A stretch of DNA of 64,000 bases from contig OZ024742.1 of assembly GCA_964016885.1 (NCBI GenBank), positions 112,592,001 through 112,656,000 of the forward strand. Direction: 5' to 3'. Positions 25,868-37,799 of the stretch are shown here, piece by piece. The notes under the pieces are model-generated. The model saw only the letters and a program-made list of their open reading frames with translations. It had not been told where the DNA came from and made no database searches. The DNA is from Eledone cirrhosa. Lineage: Eukaryota. The position numbers were made by a program, and so were the translations under genes. The number at the start of each line of letters is the position of its first letter. Within the stretch, counting starts at the first letter, position 1.

Positions 25868-26940
25868 TCAACATCCCTGATCAGCAAAACCTGCCCTTTT
25901 CAGAAAACGCACTGTACTAATAGGAAATGTATCATATGTAAGGTAAGCCCCCGGATAAACAGTAAAACTAGAAACGTAGTCTATAGCATAAGATGTACAG
26001 AGGGTACTTGCAGAAACATGACAACAACATACATAGGCGAGACAGCTCGTAGCATAAGTGAAAGGATAGACCAACACTGGGGGGAACTAAAAGGACGAAT
26101 AAAACGGGTCAGTACTATACTAAAATGCCAGACAACAACACGACGGTAACATAGACAACATGGAAATTAGAATAATATCTAAACATAGAAATGAGCCAGC
26201 AGATAGGCAAATCAGAGAGGCCAGTGAAATAGAACTTAGAAGGCCAAGACTAAACAGAAAGAATGAATAGAATAACAACAACACCCAAACAAACAACACT
26301 GACCTAAGAGAAGTATAAATAAATAAATATATAAATAAATAATTAAATACATACACAAGCACACTAACAACAAACACATATAAACACACACTAGTAAAGA
26401 TAGAATATGTTAACCGATACACAGTCACCCAATCACCAACACACATCAAACAAAACACTATACACACACGCAAACGCATGCGCAAAGAAGACAACATAAA
26501 ATAAAAAAACAAACAAATAAATAAATAAATATATAGACAGACTAAATAAAAATGGCGTAGACATACAATGTAACGGGAGGAAACAATAGCACCGCCGACG
26601 ATGTTGCAGATTTGCAACGAAAGAACTTTGATAAACTATATATATGTGTTTGTGTCTATATTGTATCTGTATTATTACCAAATCCCGCCGAGGTTGACTT
26701 TGCCTTTCATCCTTACGGGGTCGATAAAATAAAGTACCAGTAATGCACTGGGTAATTGCTGGCCTTGTGCCTAAAGTAGCAACAAGTATATTGTATCTGT
26801 ATTATTTTTGACCGTTGGTCAGTCAATGGCAACATTAAGGACCGAATAAATGAGATTACCGATATAAAAGACACAGAAGCGAAAAGCGAAAACCAATCAA
26901 ACAGTGAGTGTGTTCTGTTATTAATTCTGGCAATATTACA
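25868..26940 (+). mobile_element. PLE 3' fragment: GIY-YIG endonuclease (frameshifted) plus 3' repeat with decayed HHR (family C)
   Basis: CIIC...NVVYSIRC...YIGETARSISERIDQH, continuing in another frame as RQIREASEIELRRPRLNRKNE* (stop near 26270). The 3' region is homologous to 51475-52045 and 59025-59280. Confidence 0.85.
26677..26786 (+). mobile_element. Family S SINE, 5'-truncated, with 20-bp TSD
   Basis: TSD tatattgtatctgtattatt at 26657-26676 and 26787-26806. The paralogous PLE copy near 51868 lacks the insertion. Confidence 0.9.
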
Positions 26941-27261
26941 CAAACATGAGCTTTGTAAAACACCAGAAATCCAATGGATTTCTAATGGAAAATCATAGTT
27001 CATCAGAGAAGCATTTTCCTTTCCTAGGGCTAAAGACCCAGGAACGATAAAATATATTGTTATCCGTCAGCAAGCACGGATCTAAAAGGTCGAAAAATGA
27101 CCCGTACGTGAACTGCCCGAGGTGAAAGCGGGAAAACCATAGACGTGTTGTCTATCGCGTTACTAAAAATAGCAGCTAAATAGAAACAACAGATTTGTTC
27201 TCAACATAACGGAGATTGATAAAAGAAGTTAATATGCCCAAGGGCATATTAACTTCTTTTA

Positions 27262-28220
27262 TATGAATGTATATATAGGATAGTTGGCAATATGCCTTAT
27301 GCTTAATCAAAACAATTTGGAAGAACATACGCTATCAGTTTAAAAGTAGTGACTATGTCAGTTACTTCTTTTCGACGAAAGAACGGAGAGAAGCTGACAG
27401 TCTGTTTCCGCTGGTTGGCGTTCATCGGAGCGACGTACTGCCCTGCTTTCGCCGAACATTATATAAGCTAGATTCTTATAGAATTCCAGTAATAATGAGG
27501 AGCTGATTATATAGAGCGATTGCCGGTCCAGCAAAAACTAGGTATTACGTTTGGTGCTCTGAAATAACGATGTATACCTGTATGTATAGCATAGTTGCCA
27601 ATATACCGTATACTTAATTGAAAACATTTAGAAGACCATACGCTATCAGTTTTAAAATAGTGACTATGTCATTTACTTCTTTTTCGGCGAAAGAAGGGAG
27701 AGAAGCTGACAGTCTGTTTCGCGCATGTTGGCGTTCATCAGAGCCACGTACACGGCTGCTCTCGCCGAACATTTTAGTAGCTGGATTCTTATAGAATTCC
27801 AGTAATAACCAGGATCTTATTATAAAGAGCGATTGCCGGTTTCGCCAAAATTAGGTATAACGTTTGGTGCTCTGAAATAGTGATGTATACATGAATGAAT
27901 GTATAGTATATTTGGCAATATACCGTAAGCTTGATTAAAAACATTTAGAAGACTATACGCTATGATTGTTCCGGGAATCGCTCTGTATAATCAGCTCCTG
28001 ATCATTTTTGTAATTCTATAAGTATCCGGCTTCTATAATTTTCGCCAACCAGCGTGAAACAGATTCTCAGCTTATCTCCTTTCCTTCGCCGAAAAAGAAG
28101 TAAGTGAAATACTTTAAAACTGATAGAGTATGGTCTTCTAAATGTTTTTAATTAAGCACAAGGTATATTGCCAATTATACTATACATGCATTGATGTATA
28201 TATCGGTATTTTAGACATCA

Positions 28221-28222
<2 letters not shown>
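27262..28222 (-). repeat. Diverged tandem array of about 311-bp HHR-containing monomers (about 2.2 copies) plus an inverted partial copy (27970-28222) abutting (TA)n
   Basis: tagttg.caatat repeats at 27281, 27592 and about 27909. 27970-28222 is a reverse complement of the unit. Confidence 0.8.
27704..27745 (-). ncRNA. Type I hammerhead ribozyme
   Basis: Minus strand: GGCU-CUGAUGA-ACGC CAACAU GCGC-GAAA-CAGACUG-UC|AGCU. The paralogue at about 27392-27431 has CCGAUGA. Confidence 0.8.
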
Positions 28223-28250
<28 letters not shown>

Positions 28251-28258
<8 letters not shown>

Positions 28259-28645
28259 GTTTACATATACATGCATTTATATATGTTACAACGGGTCACT
28301 TTTTAGCTCTATGAAGAATTAATAAATTAAATACTCAGAGCAATATATTATTATAAATCATGTCTACAGAATTATTAGATAAACAAAATATATACTCCAT
28401 TTTCTCTGCCAAACAGCACAATCAACCATATAAAATCGTTATGGCTTAGTATAATTGATTTTTTATATGGTTGATTGTGCTGTTTGGCAGAGGAAATAGA
28501 GTATATATTTTGTTTATCTAATAATTCTGTAGACATTATTTATAATAATATATTGCTCTGAGTATTTAATTTATTAATTCTTCATAGAGCTAAAAAGTGA
28601 CCGGTTGTAACATATATAAATTTATGTATATGCAAACCTTTATAT
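28251..28645. repeat. Fold-back with about 185-bp arms next to (TA)n
   Basis: 28251-28435 is the reverse complement of about 28461-28645, with a spacer of about 25 bp. Confidence 0.9.
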
Positions 28646-29619
28646 TTAATATTCTCCCGTAAGGTTGAGATTAAATTTGGCGATATTTGGCTACGTTCTC
28701 ATCAGATAACATATTTTATCTGATGAGCACGTTCTGTTGAAAATAGCTCAGTACCTCTGAAATATGTATAATAAAATATACTTGATCACACGAATGTCTA
28801 TTTTTGTTAATATTTTGAATTAATATATATATATATATATATTTATATATGTGCACACTAATATATATATATATATATATGGGTACTGTGCGTGCGTGTG
28901 TTTGTGAACGCAAATGCAATTAATTGAAGAGTACATTATCAATCAAGTTTGGAGGCGAGAGCAGGTTCCAAAAGATTTGATACTAGGAAAATTAAAATGA
29001 AAAAAATAAAAACAAATGCTGTCTTGGTAGGAATACCGCCCCTTTTCCCTAATATAGCTGGAATTCTAATTCTGGGAATACAAATAATTACTCAAGGAAT
29101 TTAACCTATTTCTCATCTGCCAGTGTATTTTCAGATTCTAAACAAGTGCACATATATAGACACGGTATCCATCTATTGAGCACCAATGTATATTTTCTAA
29201 ATATATATTGATATAAACAAACCAGTAGATAATGCCCTGTAGTCATTTTATATAATGAATAGTTAAATATTTTACTTGTTTCTAATCTTGTTACTATTGA
29301 TCTTGTAACGGACCATATTTGTAATTTGTAAGGCGAAACATACTGGAATACGATTACTAAACATTTTCCACAGTGACAATAATTGAGAGTTGATATATTT
29401 GTTTTTATATACTATATAGATTTTGAAAATAAATATAGCAATAACATTGTAAAATATAAAAAAGGAGATCAAATCATCCACATCATTTTCATTCGACTAA
29501 ACATGGCAATTACAAAGTTTATCAGCTGTATATGATGTATTTTCTGTAGCAATAATGTCCTTATTTTATCATCAGCCCCTTCAGTATTCTCCACCGACAA
29601 CCCCCCTATTGTAGACTTC

Positions 29620-30150
29620 TAGTTATTGAACTAGGTCAGATGCTAAATATATCTTGCTACTACTTTATTTGCTATATGAGAGATATAAGTTCATCAAGAA
29701 ATGGTCTGTATTCGAAAATCTTTTTTTAGTGCATAATCTTGCACCACACTCAGCGACCTATCTTTCAACCAAAGGACCAAGAGGCACATCCACCCTCTTA
29801 ATGGGATCCTGTCCATAACATATTCTGACAGCTGGAGACGTGTCAGAATCCCAATTCCCGCCAGCGCAGTTAATCTGGCGACACATCTAACATTGAGGTG
29901 GTTTCATCCTCCATAGAAATCTACAGTAACAGATCCATGGAACTTTGTTGAGGACACCATGACTATATGTAGCCGATAGCATATAGCCTCCTCCACTAGT
30001 TCCTGCTCCTTATCTGTAAGGGTTGTGATATTCCAGGTTCCAATTGTAAGGTTTGATGCCTTCCGATCCTTCTTTGGGGGCTAGGGATACGTAATCTTTG
30101 TACGTACATCCCACGCCTCCCAAGATCACAGGCCCCTCGTTATTGCTGGC
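29620..30150 (-). mobile_element. RTE-like LINE APE endonuclease 5' fragment
   Basis: Minus-strand reading NLTIGTWNITTLTDKEQELVEEAICYRLHIVMVSSTK, an APE N-terminal motif. Confidence 0.7.
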
Positions 30151-30449
30151 GGCATGAAATGGAGACTGCAATATATTTCTCGATCACGCCCTTATCCCGA
30201 AAGCATAGGCGTGTCTCTTGTATACCCGTCCGAATGATTATGCTGTATGGTTCTTTTTCGTTCCTTTCACTATATTACAATTTGCTGGACTTATTCACGC
30301 TAATCACCAATCTGATAGATTTCTCAAACCCGCGAGCTAACGAAGTCAGGATCAGGTATACAGATCCTATTGCATACACATTCAGAGAACTCTCTGAGCA
30401 AACTGAAGACGTGGATACAGAGTAGTTTCTTCTTCAGTTGTTAAATAAT

Positions 30450-30628
30450 TGTTTCTACGTTTGGTACACGACCAGCAATTATCCCAGTGCATTACTGGTG
30501 CTTTATTTTATCGACCCCAACAAGGCAAAGTTGACCTCGGCGGGATTTGAACTCAGACCATAAAGGGACGTAACTCTTTGCTGCAAAGCATGGCATCCGA
30601 TCCTCTACCAATACTGCCAATTCACCGC
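30450..30628 (-). mobile_element. Family S SINE with TSD
   Basis: A/B boxes on the minus strand. TSD tgttaaataat at 30439-30449 and 30629-30639. Confidence 0.85.
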
Positions 30629-30639
30629 TGTTAAATAAT

Positions 30640-32876
30640 GTGGGCGAAAGAGGTTTGATGTGTCAGCGGATGGTAATAGGACACCTTCATTCAATAATGA
30701 GGTCAAAAGTGTCATCCGAGCAAAGAATGAGGCTTACATCGTTTAATTTGGAAATAGGTGCTCCTTCATGCACTTGCGGTACGAGTTGTCACAAAGAATG
30801 GCTGCATAGACAGTAAATGCTTGCGAAGTTAAGACATGGAAGGACTTTGGGGTTAAGCTGCAATCCGACTTCAGATAACCAAATAAAATGTTCTGGCTGA
30901 CCATACACCGTCATTGTAATAAGAATGCCCCATCTGCTCTCAGGAACGAGTTTTTGTTTCTTCGCTGTACAGAGAGGTGCCTTCTCGCAAAGTTGAGAGG
31001 ATACTTCTCGGTGGTCGACATCAGAAGAGCAGTTAGAGAGCTGAAAGAGGGCAAGGCCGCTGGGGACAACGAAATTAGGCACGCATTTAAAAAAGCTTAA
31101 ATATAGAAAATATTCTCTCGTGATTTCCGAGTGGGCTGCAGTTCTATAATGGAAACCAAGAATGGCAATCGTGAGTGATAATCCCAATTTCTAAATAGAG
31201 AAACGAGAGAGAATGTTCCAATTACAGAGGGAAGTATTTGTTAATCCTTCACTCTCAAGTCTATGATAAGTGTCTGTCAATGAGATGCATGTAGGTCATG
31301 CTAGAGGTCATGCTAACTGATGAGCAGTGCAGTTTTCGCTTCGAATGCAGCAGAGCCAACCCAATATATTCTTGTTTTGTAGAACTCGAAGAGATATATG
31401 ACCACATCCTTGGGAACTGCTGTGGAAGGTTCTGGTGGAGTATGCGGTCGATGTTAAAATTGTTGATGCCCTGATGACTCTATAAGAATGCCTGAGTATT
31501 TGTGTTCTGATATATGGTGCTAAATCGAAACCCTTCATTGTGGGAGTCGAAACCCTTCATATGCGTATTGTCATCTGTCCTCACCAATATTCTATTAAAC
31601 GGGATTGACATGTGCTGTCGGATTGGTAGTAGTATCATTACAGGCGGGTGTAGAATCAGTCGGTTGGGGTTTCCTGACGACATTGTGTAACGCAACTCGA
31701 CAGACGGTGATCTCTGAGTTGCACATCATAGGTTTAATGCCGAGTTCTGCATGACTGGAATGAGAATCTGTACTGCGAAATATGAGACACATGTCCTCTC
31801 ACGGACGCATACACAACCTCTCGACATATAACTGCTGTTCTACTGAAGCAGATGGATATGTTGAAGTATCTCGAGGCCGTACTCACGAGTGGTGGAAGGC
31901 AAGGGGCTGAATTAAGCGCAACAATTGTAGGAGCTCGTGTAATAATTGTTTCTACGTTAGGCACAAGGCCAGCAATTATCAGTGTATTACTGGTACTTCA
32001 TTTTATCGACCCCGTAAGGATGAAAGGAAAAGTTAACCTCGGCGGGATTTGAACTCAGAATGGCAAGGGCCGTAACTGTATGCGCCAAAGCATGTCATCC
32101 GACACTCTACCAATACTGCTAATCCACCGCAGGAGCTCGTGTAATAATACACCAACTTTAGCTTTCGGTAATCAGAAGAAGGGAGGTAGTTGTAAAAGCA
32201 AAACTCTCTATCTTCAATCCGGTATTCGTGCGAAACTTTACCTGTGATTATGAATCGTAACTAATAGCTAAGATAATACGATCGTGATTACAAACAGCTG
32301 AAATGGGGTTCTTCCGAAGGGTCTATGGAATAATGTTGCTCGATAGAATGTGTAGCTCGGTGGGTAGTAATTCACTCGAGATAAAATCGTTATTTCTCCG
32401 AATTGAGAGATCACAGCTCCGGTCCTATGAGAATGAAGTTAAAATGTCTGAGGAAAGAATCGCTGGAGAGATTTTAAAGGCAGCCAACCGACAGGAGACC
32501 CAGGGATTATCCCCCCAAAAAGATGGTTGGGCAACATCCGTATGATAGCCTGGTCTCTCTTGGGATTCCAGATGGATTAGTTGAAGAGGGTTGCTTTTGA
32601 TGGGACCTAATGGAAGGTTTACCCCAACGACTATCTCAATAATAATTACACAAAAAGGAAGCAGGAGAAGAAGAAGAAGAAGAAGAAGAAGAAGAAGAAG
32701 AAGAAGAAGAAGAAGAAGAAGAAGAAGAAGAATAAGAAGGAGTAGGAGGAGTAGGAAGAGGAGAATGAGGAGGAGTAGGAGGAGGGGGATGAGGAGGAGG
32801 AGGAGAAGGAGAAGAAGAAGAAGAAGAAGAAGAAGAAGAAGAAGAAGAAGAAGAAGAAGAAGAAGAAGAAGAAGAA
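30640..32876 (+). mobile_element. Heavily decayed RTE-clade LINE with (GAA)n tail, related to 9470-10075
   Basis: ELKEGKAAGDNEI, ...NYRG..., MLKYLEAVL and MGFFRRVYGIMLLDR...LRIERSQLR fragments. (GAA)n/(GGA)n at 32660-32876. Confidence 0.75.
31947..32130 (-). mobile_element. Family S SINE inserted into the RTE LINE, 18-bp TSD
   Basis: TSD aggagctcgtgtaataat at 31929-31946 and 32131-32148. Confidence 0.9.
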
Positions 32877-33023
32877 ACGCCACATAATGCCTTATATCTC
32901 TCTGTCACTGACGGATACACAAATATCCAAATCAAACAGCCATGTATTTATTGCATATATTACGTATTAATTTAACAATGAAAATAATAACAACAAACTG
33001 AAGTTAGTTTACTTACTCATAAC

Positions 33024-33223
33024 NNNNNNNNNNNNNNNNNNNNNNNNNNNNNNNNNNNNNNNNNNNNNNNNNNNNNNNNNNNNNNNNNNNNNNNNNNNNN
33101 NNNNNNNNNNNNNNNNNNNNNNNNNNNNNNNNNNNNNNNNNNNNNNNNNNNNNNNNNNNNNNNNNNNNNNNNNNNNNNNNNNNNNNNNNNNNNNNNNNNN
33201 NNNNNNNNNNNNNNNNNNNNNNN
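33024..33223. other. Assembly gap (200 N)
   Basis: Run of N. Confidence 1.
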
Positions 33224-34252
33224 ACGAATGCATATTGTTAGTACGCATAACTTAGAAGAAGCGCTGTTGTATTATTCAGGTATATAATAGAATAATTTGT
33301 CGCAAATATCCAATATATATTATATTCATATAACCCATTCCTACTAATACTATGTCTGTAATAGGTGTGTGAATGACTCAGTCGAATACATATTTTACAG
33401 CTGGCTGTCAGCTGGAAATGTATATTAAACATGTAAACTCCTTTACAATATTGTCTAGTGATTTCACGGCGAAAGAAAAATAGTTGTTTACCTTTCCACC
33501 GTCAAAGCTGCAAGAGAGAGATATTTTGAGCTGGCGCGGGAAATGTTCCTGCAGGGCGTGTAGAGATACATTCTCCTCCGCTGGTGGCGATTGGTTGCAG
33601 TGAGCAAAACAACTCAAGGAGAATGAATCATTGCGACCAAGGAACGTAGGTCATTACAAGTTTATTTTAAAAACTAGACAGTTGAGTGCTTATTCATTTG
33701 TGCTATTTATGCAATCTTGTGCATGATTTACACATACTGAATACATTTGCCAAAATCTGGGGTTTTTCCCCTTGTGAGTTACACATGTGCTTTTACAAAA
33801 CATTACGTCATTCACAACACTGACGCAGAACAAAATACCTGTTGATAACGTGATATTACTTGTTCGATAATTATACAAAAAGCTTATGGTTTTAAGCAGA
33901 CAGTTTTATTCATTTAGGTGTCATAGAAAGCCTGTATTTGGATTGTACCATCAATTCCACAGGGTTCAGGTTTGTTATATATATGTGTATACGTATATGT
34001 ATATATATATATATATATATATGTATGATTTCGTCATTTATTTTGTCTGACCTGTTTAGCTTGACTTGTTTTTTGGCCTAGGTGGTTAATGCCTTCTTGA
34101 CCACCTTCTCAGTTTATACGGCGTTTATAAAATATGTTTATAGCCCTGGTTGTTTAAAACTTGGAGCTCTTGCCAGTATGACTCTGAATTTGCATTACGT
34201 TTCGCTTTTTCTACCCGCCGAAATGCGATTCTCGGTGAATTTATATATATAT

Positions 34253-34937
34253 ATAATAATGAAATGACAGGAGGCTGGAATTGTGTAAATCCTTGAAAGG
34301 TTTATTATACTATGATCATTTCAATGACAGGGTTCCGTATAAATCCGGTGATATCATCAGGTATTCGAAATATAATACACGAATGTAATAGATAAAATCC
34401 ATGGGGCTGAAAATCGAGGACCCTGGCTTCACTTCTTCTTCCTTCCTCCTTCTTCTCTATTCTACGTTTCTTTCTTTCTTCTTTCTTGTGGCATGAGATT
34501 AACGCTAACTTATGTCCCCATCCCTTTCTGTTTTCCTTTATCTGACCGGCAGTAGCACACTGTAAGCTTTAGCCACGTCACTCGAGGGCGACCGGCAAAG
34601 GTAGAAGGTGCTGGAGAGCGGTCGCCCTCGGGTCCTCGATTTTCAGCCCCATGGATGTTATCTATTACATTCACGTATTATATTTCGAATACCTGATGAT
34701 ATCACCGGATTCATACGGAACCCGGTCATTGAAATGATCATAGTATAATAAACCTTTCAAGGATTTACACAAATCCAGCCTCCTGTCATTTCATTATAAT
34801 ATTTAACTCCGTAATAGCACCACTAACTACAAAAACAACGACGATTGAACTGCTTTACGTTGAGTACTCTCTATATTATTACATTGCGATTGACCATACG
34901 GAATTGACCAGCTCTGTCCAGTGGTGAACCTCAAACC

Positions 34938-34940
<3 letters not shown>
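34253..34940 (+). mobile_element. (TA)n-flanked PLE-like fold-back with about 170-bp arms (34253-34423 / 34631-34800) and an HHR in each arm
   Basis: The arms are reverse complements. The sequence continues past the right arm to (TA)n at 34941. Confidence 0.75.
34689..34746 (+). ncRNA. Type I hammerhead ribozyme (mirror copy on minus at about 34307-34364)
   Basis: AUAC-CUGAUGA-UAUCACCGG...CCGGUCAUU-GAAA-UGAUCA-UA|GUAU, with palindromic stem III. Confidence 0.75.
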
Positions 34941-35031
<91 letters not shown>

Positions 35032-35066
35032 GAAAACGAAAAATTGGTGATGCATCTGGACTTAGT

Positions 35067-35283
35067 TTATTTCGTGTTACAAATGTTTCGCCGACATGTA
35101 GCTCGAATCATGGTCCTTGTATGGATCTGGCTGATTCTACTTCTGCGGCTTCTTTCAGTGATAACATTTGCTCCGGACATAACACCCGTGTCTGAAAGAA
35201 CCCGCAGAAGTAGAACCAGCCAGATCCATACAAGGACCATGACTCGAGCTAAATGCCGCCGAAACATTTGTAACGCGAAATAA
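35067..35283. repeat. Fold-back with about 92-bp arms containing a variant HHR
   Basis: 35067-35159 is the reverse complement of 35192-35283. Plus strand: CGUGU-CUGAAAGA-(about 60 nt)-GAAA-CAUUUG-UA|ACGCG. Confidence 0.7.
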
Positions 35284-35361
35284 ATTCACTTGCACAAATA
35301 TACTACGCATAAACATTAACCGAAGCACCTTCAAAGGCATACATTCACTCACACACAGACA

Positions 35362-35432
<71 letters not shown>

Positions 35433-35528
35433 GTGTGTATATATATATATGTGTATATATATATTCATAAACAGCCACGCGCATATCGCATAACACACAC
35501 ACACACACACATAGACACACACAGACAG

Positions 35529-35585
<57 letters not shown>

Positions 35586-35712
35586 TATAGTAATAAGAAT
35601 ATTTATATTTATATATGTTTGATATAACTATAAAGTACTAAGTACTATCCGGTTACTGGTATGACAAAACGCTCAATGCAAAATGTACAAGTGTTTTACA
35701 GAGCCGAGTTAC

Positions 35713-36790
35713 AAAGTGTTAAAACGATCAAATTTTAGTTTAGAACATTTATTTGCTGACACATGTTTCCTCCGGAGGGAGGTCTGGATTTCATCGGATC
35801 ATAAGGAATGTCGAAATATGCAATTGAAATCCTTGTCATTTAGAACATTTAGGGTGTACATAATTGTTATTAGTGTCAAAGGCAGCATGTGGAGAGTCAG
35901 GAGATAAAAAGATGTTCTGCTTGAAAGAACACAATTACAAGCAGCACTGGCTGGAAGTGTAATAGGTACAAGCAAAAAAATCATAAGCAAAACAAACACA
36001 GACAAAAACGTTATAAGCAAGGACAATTGGTGTACAATGCGGGGGTCAATACAGTCAATAAGGCATGTATGAGGAAAGAGTCATAATGCAGTTGAAATAA
36101 ACATATTTTGTGTGGGGTGTTAAGGCATGTTATAATTGTTATAAGTGTTTAAGATAGTGTGCAATTTGTTAGAGAGGCATGTGGTGATAACGTAGGTATT
36201 TGTTATGTAAGGTGTAATGCAAAGCACTTGATATAGTTTGGTATGTGATTTTCATTTAAGTGTTTCTGTGTTGTAGTTCGTATTTATGTGTATGTGTTGT
36301 TTGTTTCTCACAGCTATTAACCATGGGATTATTTAAAGTCGTTTATAGTCAATAGGTGTTTGTTTGTTAAATCTAAATTCCGCCTAATTAGTAGCCATGT
36401 TGTTAGTTTAGGTATATTATTTTTTGCATTTGTTTTATTTACAAATTATATTTTCTAGGGTTTGTATTAACCGTTATTAATCTGTTGATGAACCGCTGTG
36501 TTGCTTAATTTTATGAGTTTACACAGGAAGTTGTAAAGCGGGTTAATAACAAAGGGAGGTAATTAATGTTATTGATAAATTAAGGGTTTTTAAATATTGT
36601 GGTAGTGTTATAAATTAATCTATATAGAGTATATAAAATATAAAATATAATTGGTTATATAATTGTTATCCTTTAAACTTGAGTGGATGGTGGTTAAAAC
36701 ATTTTTTTATTTAGTTTATCATAACTAGATAATTTTTACATAGTTATTATATGTATGTATAATATAAGGTATACATATATGTGTGCCAAT
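35713..36790 (-). mobile_element. Decayed element of about 1.1 kb (probable PLE relic), inverted paralogue of 40810-41893
   Basis: Colinear reverse-complement similarity along its length. Decayed HHR (CCGAUGA...GAAA CAUGUG UC) at about 35752-35800 on minus. Confidence 0.6.
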
Positions 36791-36801
36791 GCATATATAT
36801 A

Positions 36802-36854
<53 letters not shown>

Positions 36855-36855
36855 G

Positions 36856-36897
<42 letters not shown>

Positions 36898-37453
36898 CAT
36901 ATATATATATATAGTAATAATGATAAATTTGAAGACTAAAATCCAAAGTGGGCTCGATATGGATTAATATATATACAAAATTTAAGAACCGTATAGAAAA
37001 TATTATTTTAAATAAATATATAAATTATATATATACATTCATACTGATTGTGTAGAGATCGTCCACACGTGTCCACCTTACCACATTACCACTACTTCAA
37101 ACCTTGTCACTAATAATAATAATAATAATAAAAATAACCATAAAAATAAAGACCAATGACGGAGATAACTCTACATCACGACCTTGTTATTTATCCAACT
37201 AGACCTTCATGAATATAAGACTACACCTTAATTAAAAGACCACACTGACCTACATACAATCAATAAACCTCTGTTTGATCTCTTACCTTATACAATTAAA
37301 AGATTTAAATAATATAGACACTAAAAAACTCTCAATATTCATCTCCAACTAAATAGCAGACATCTGTATATATAACACAATTACTCCAGTATATATTATG
37401 CAACACACTATCCTGTCATAAAAAAACTTCAACTATCTCTACACAATCAGAAT

Positions 37454-37531
<78 letters not shown>

Positions 37532-37799
37532 GGGGTAACAAATTATTGTTATAGGTAATCCACTTAAGTGTAGTCCAGTTATGGTACTCCGGGCAGTGGA
37601 TGATATCAACGCTTGGCTAAGTTTGACTCAACAAGGCGTTTCCATAGTGATGCTGCGAGTACGCTGTAATTCCTATGTTGTAAACACTTGGAGTAATAAT
37701 AAATCAGGAAAGAAGAGTGACACGGTTTGCTATAAAAAAAAAGTTTTTTAATCTCATTGCTGACAATTGTTTCTCTGAACTGGTAGATCTACCAGTTCA

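Noticed and set aside
27085-27125. piggyBac-like terminal motif ggtcgaaaaatgacccg
   Set aside because: No convincing partner TIR or TTAA TSD was found.
32425-32935. Poly-Arg (protamine-like), poly-Leu and poly-Ser ORFs
   Set aside because: They are translations of the (GAA)n tail of an RTE LINE.
33009-33248. ORF spanning the poly-X region
   Set aside because: Artefact of the assembly gap.
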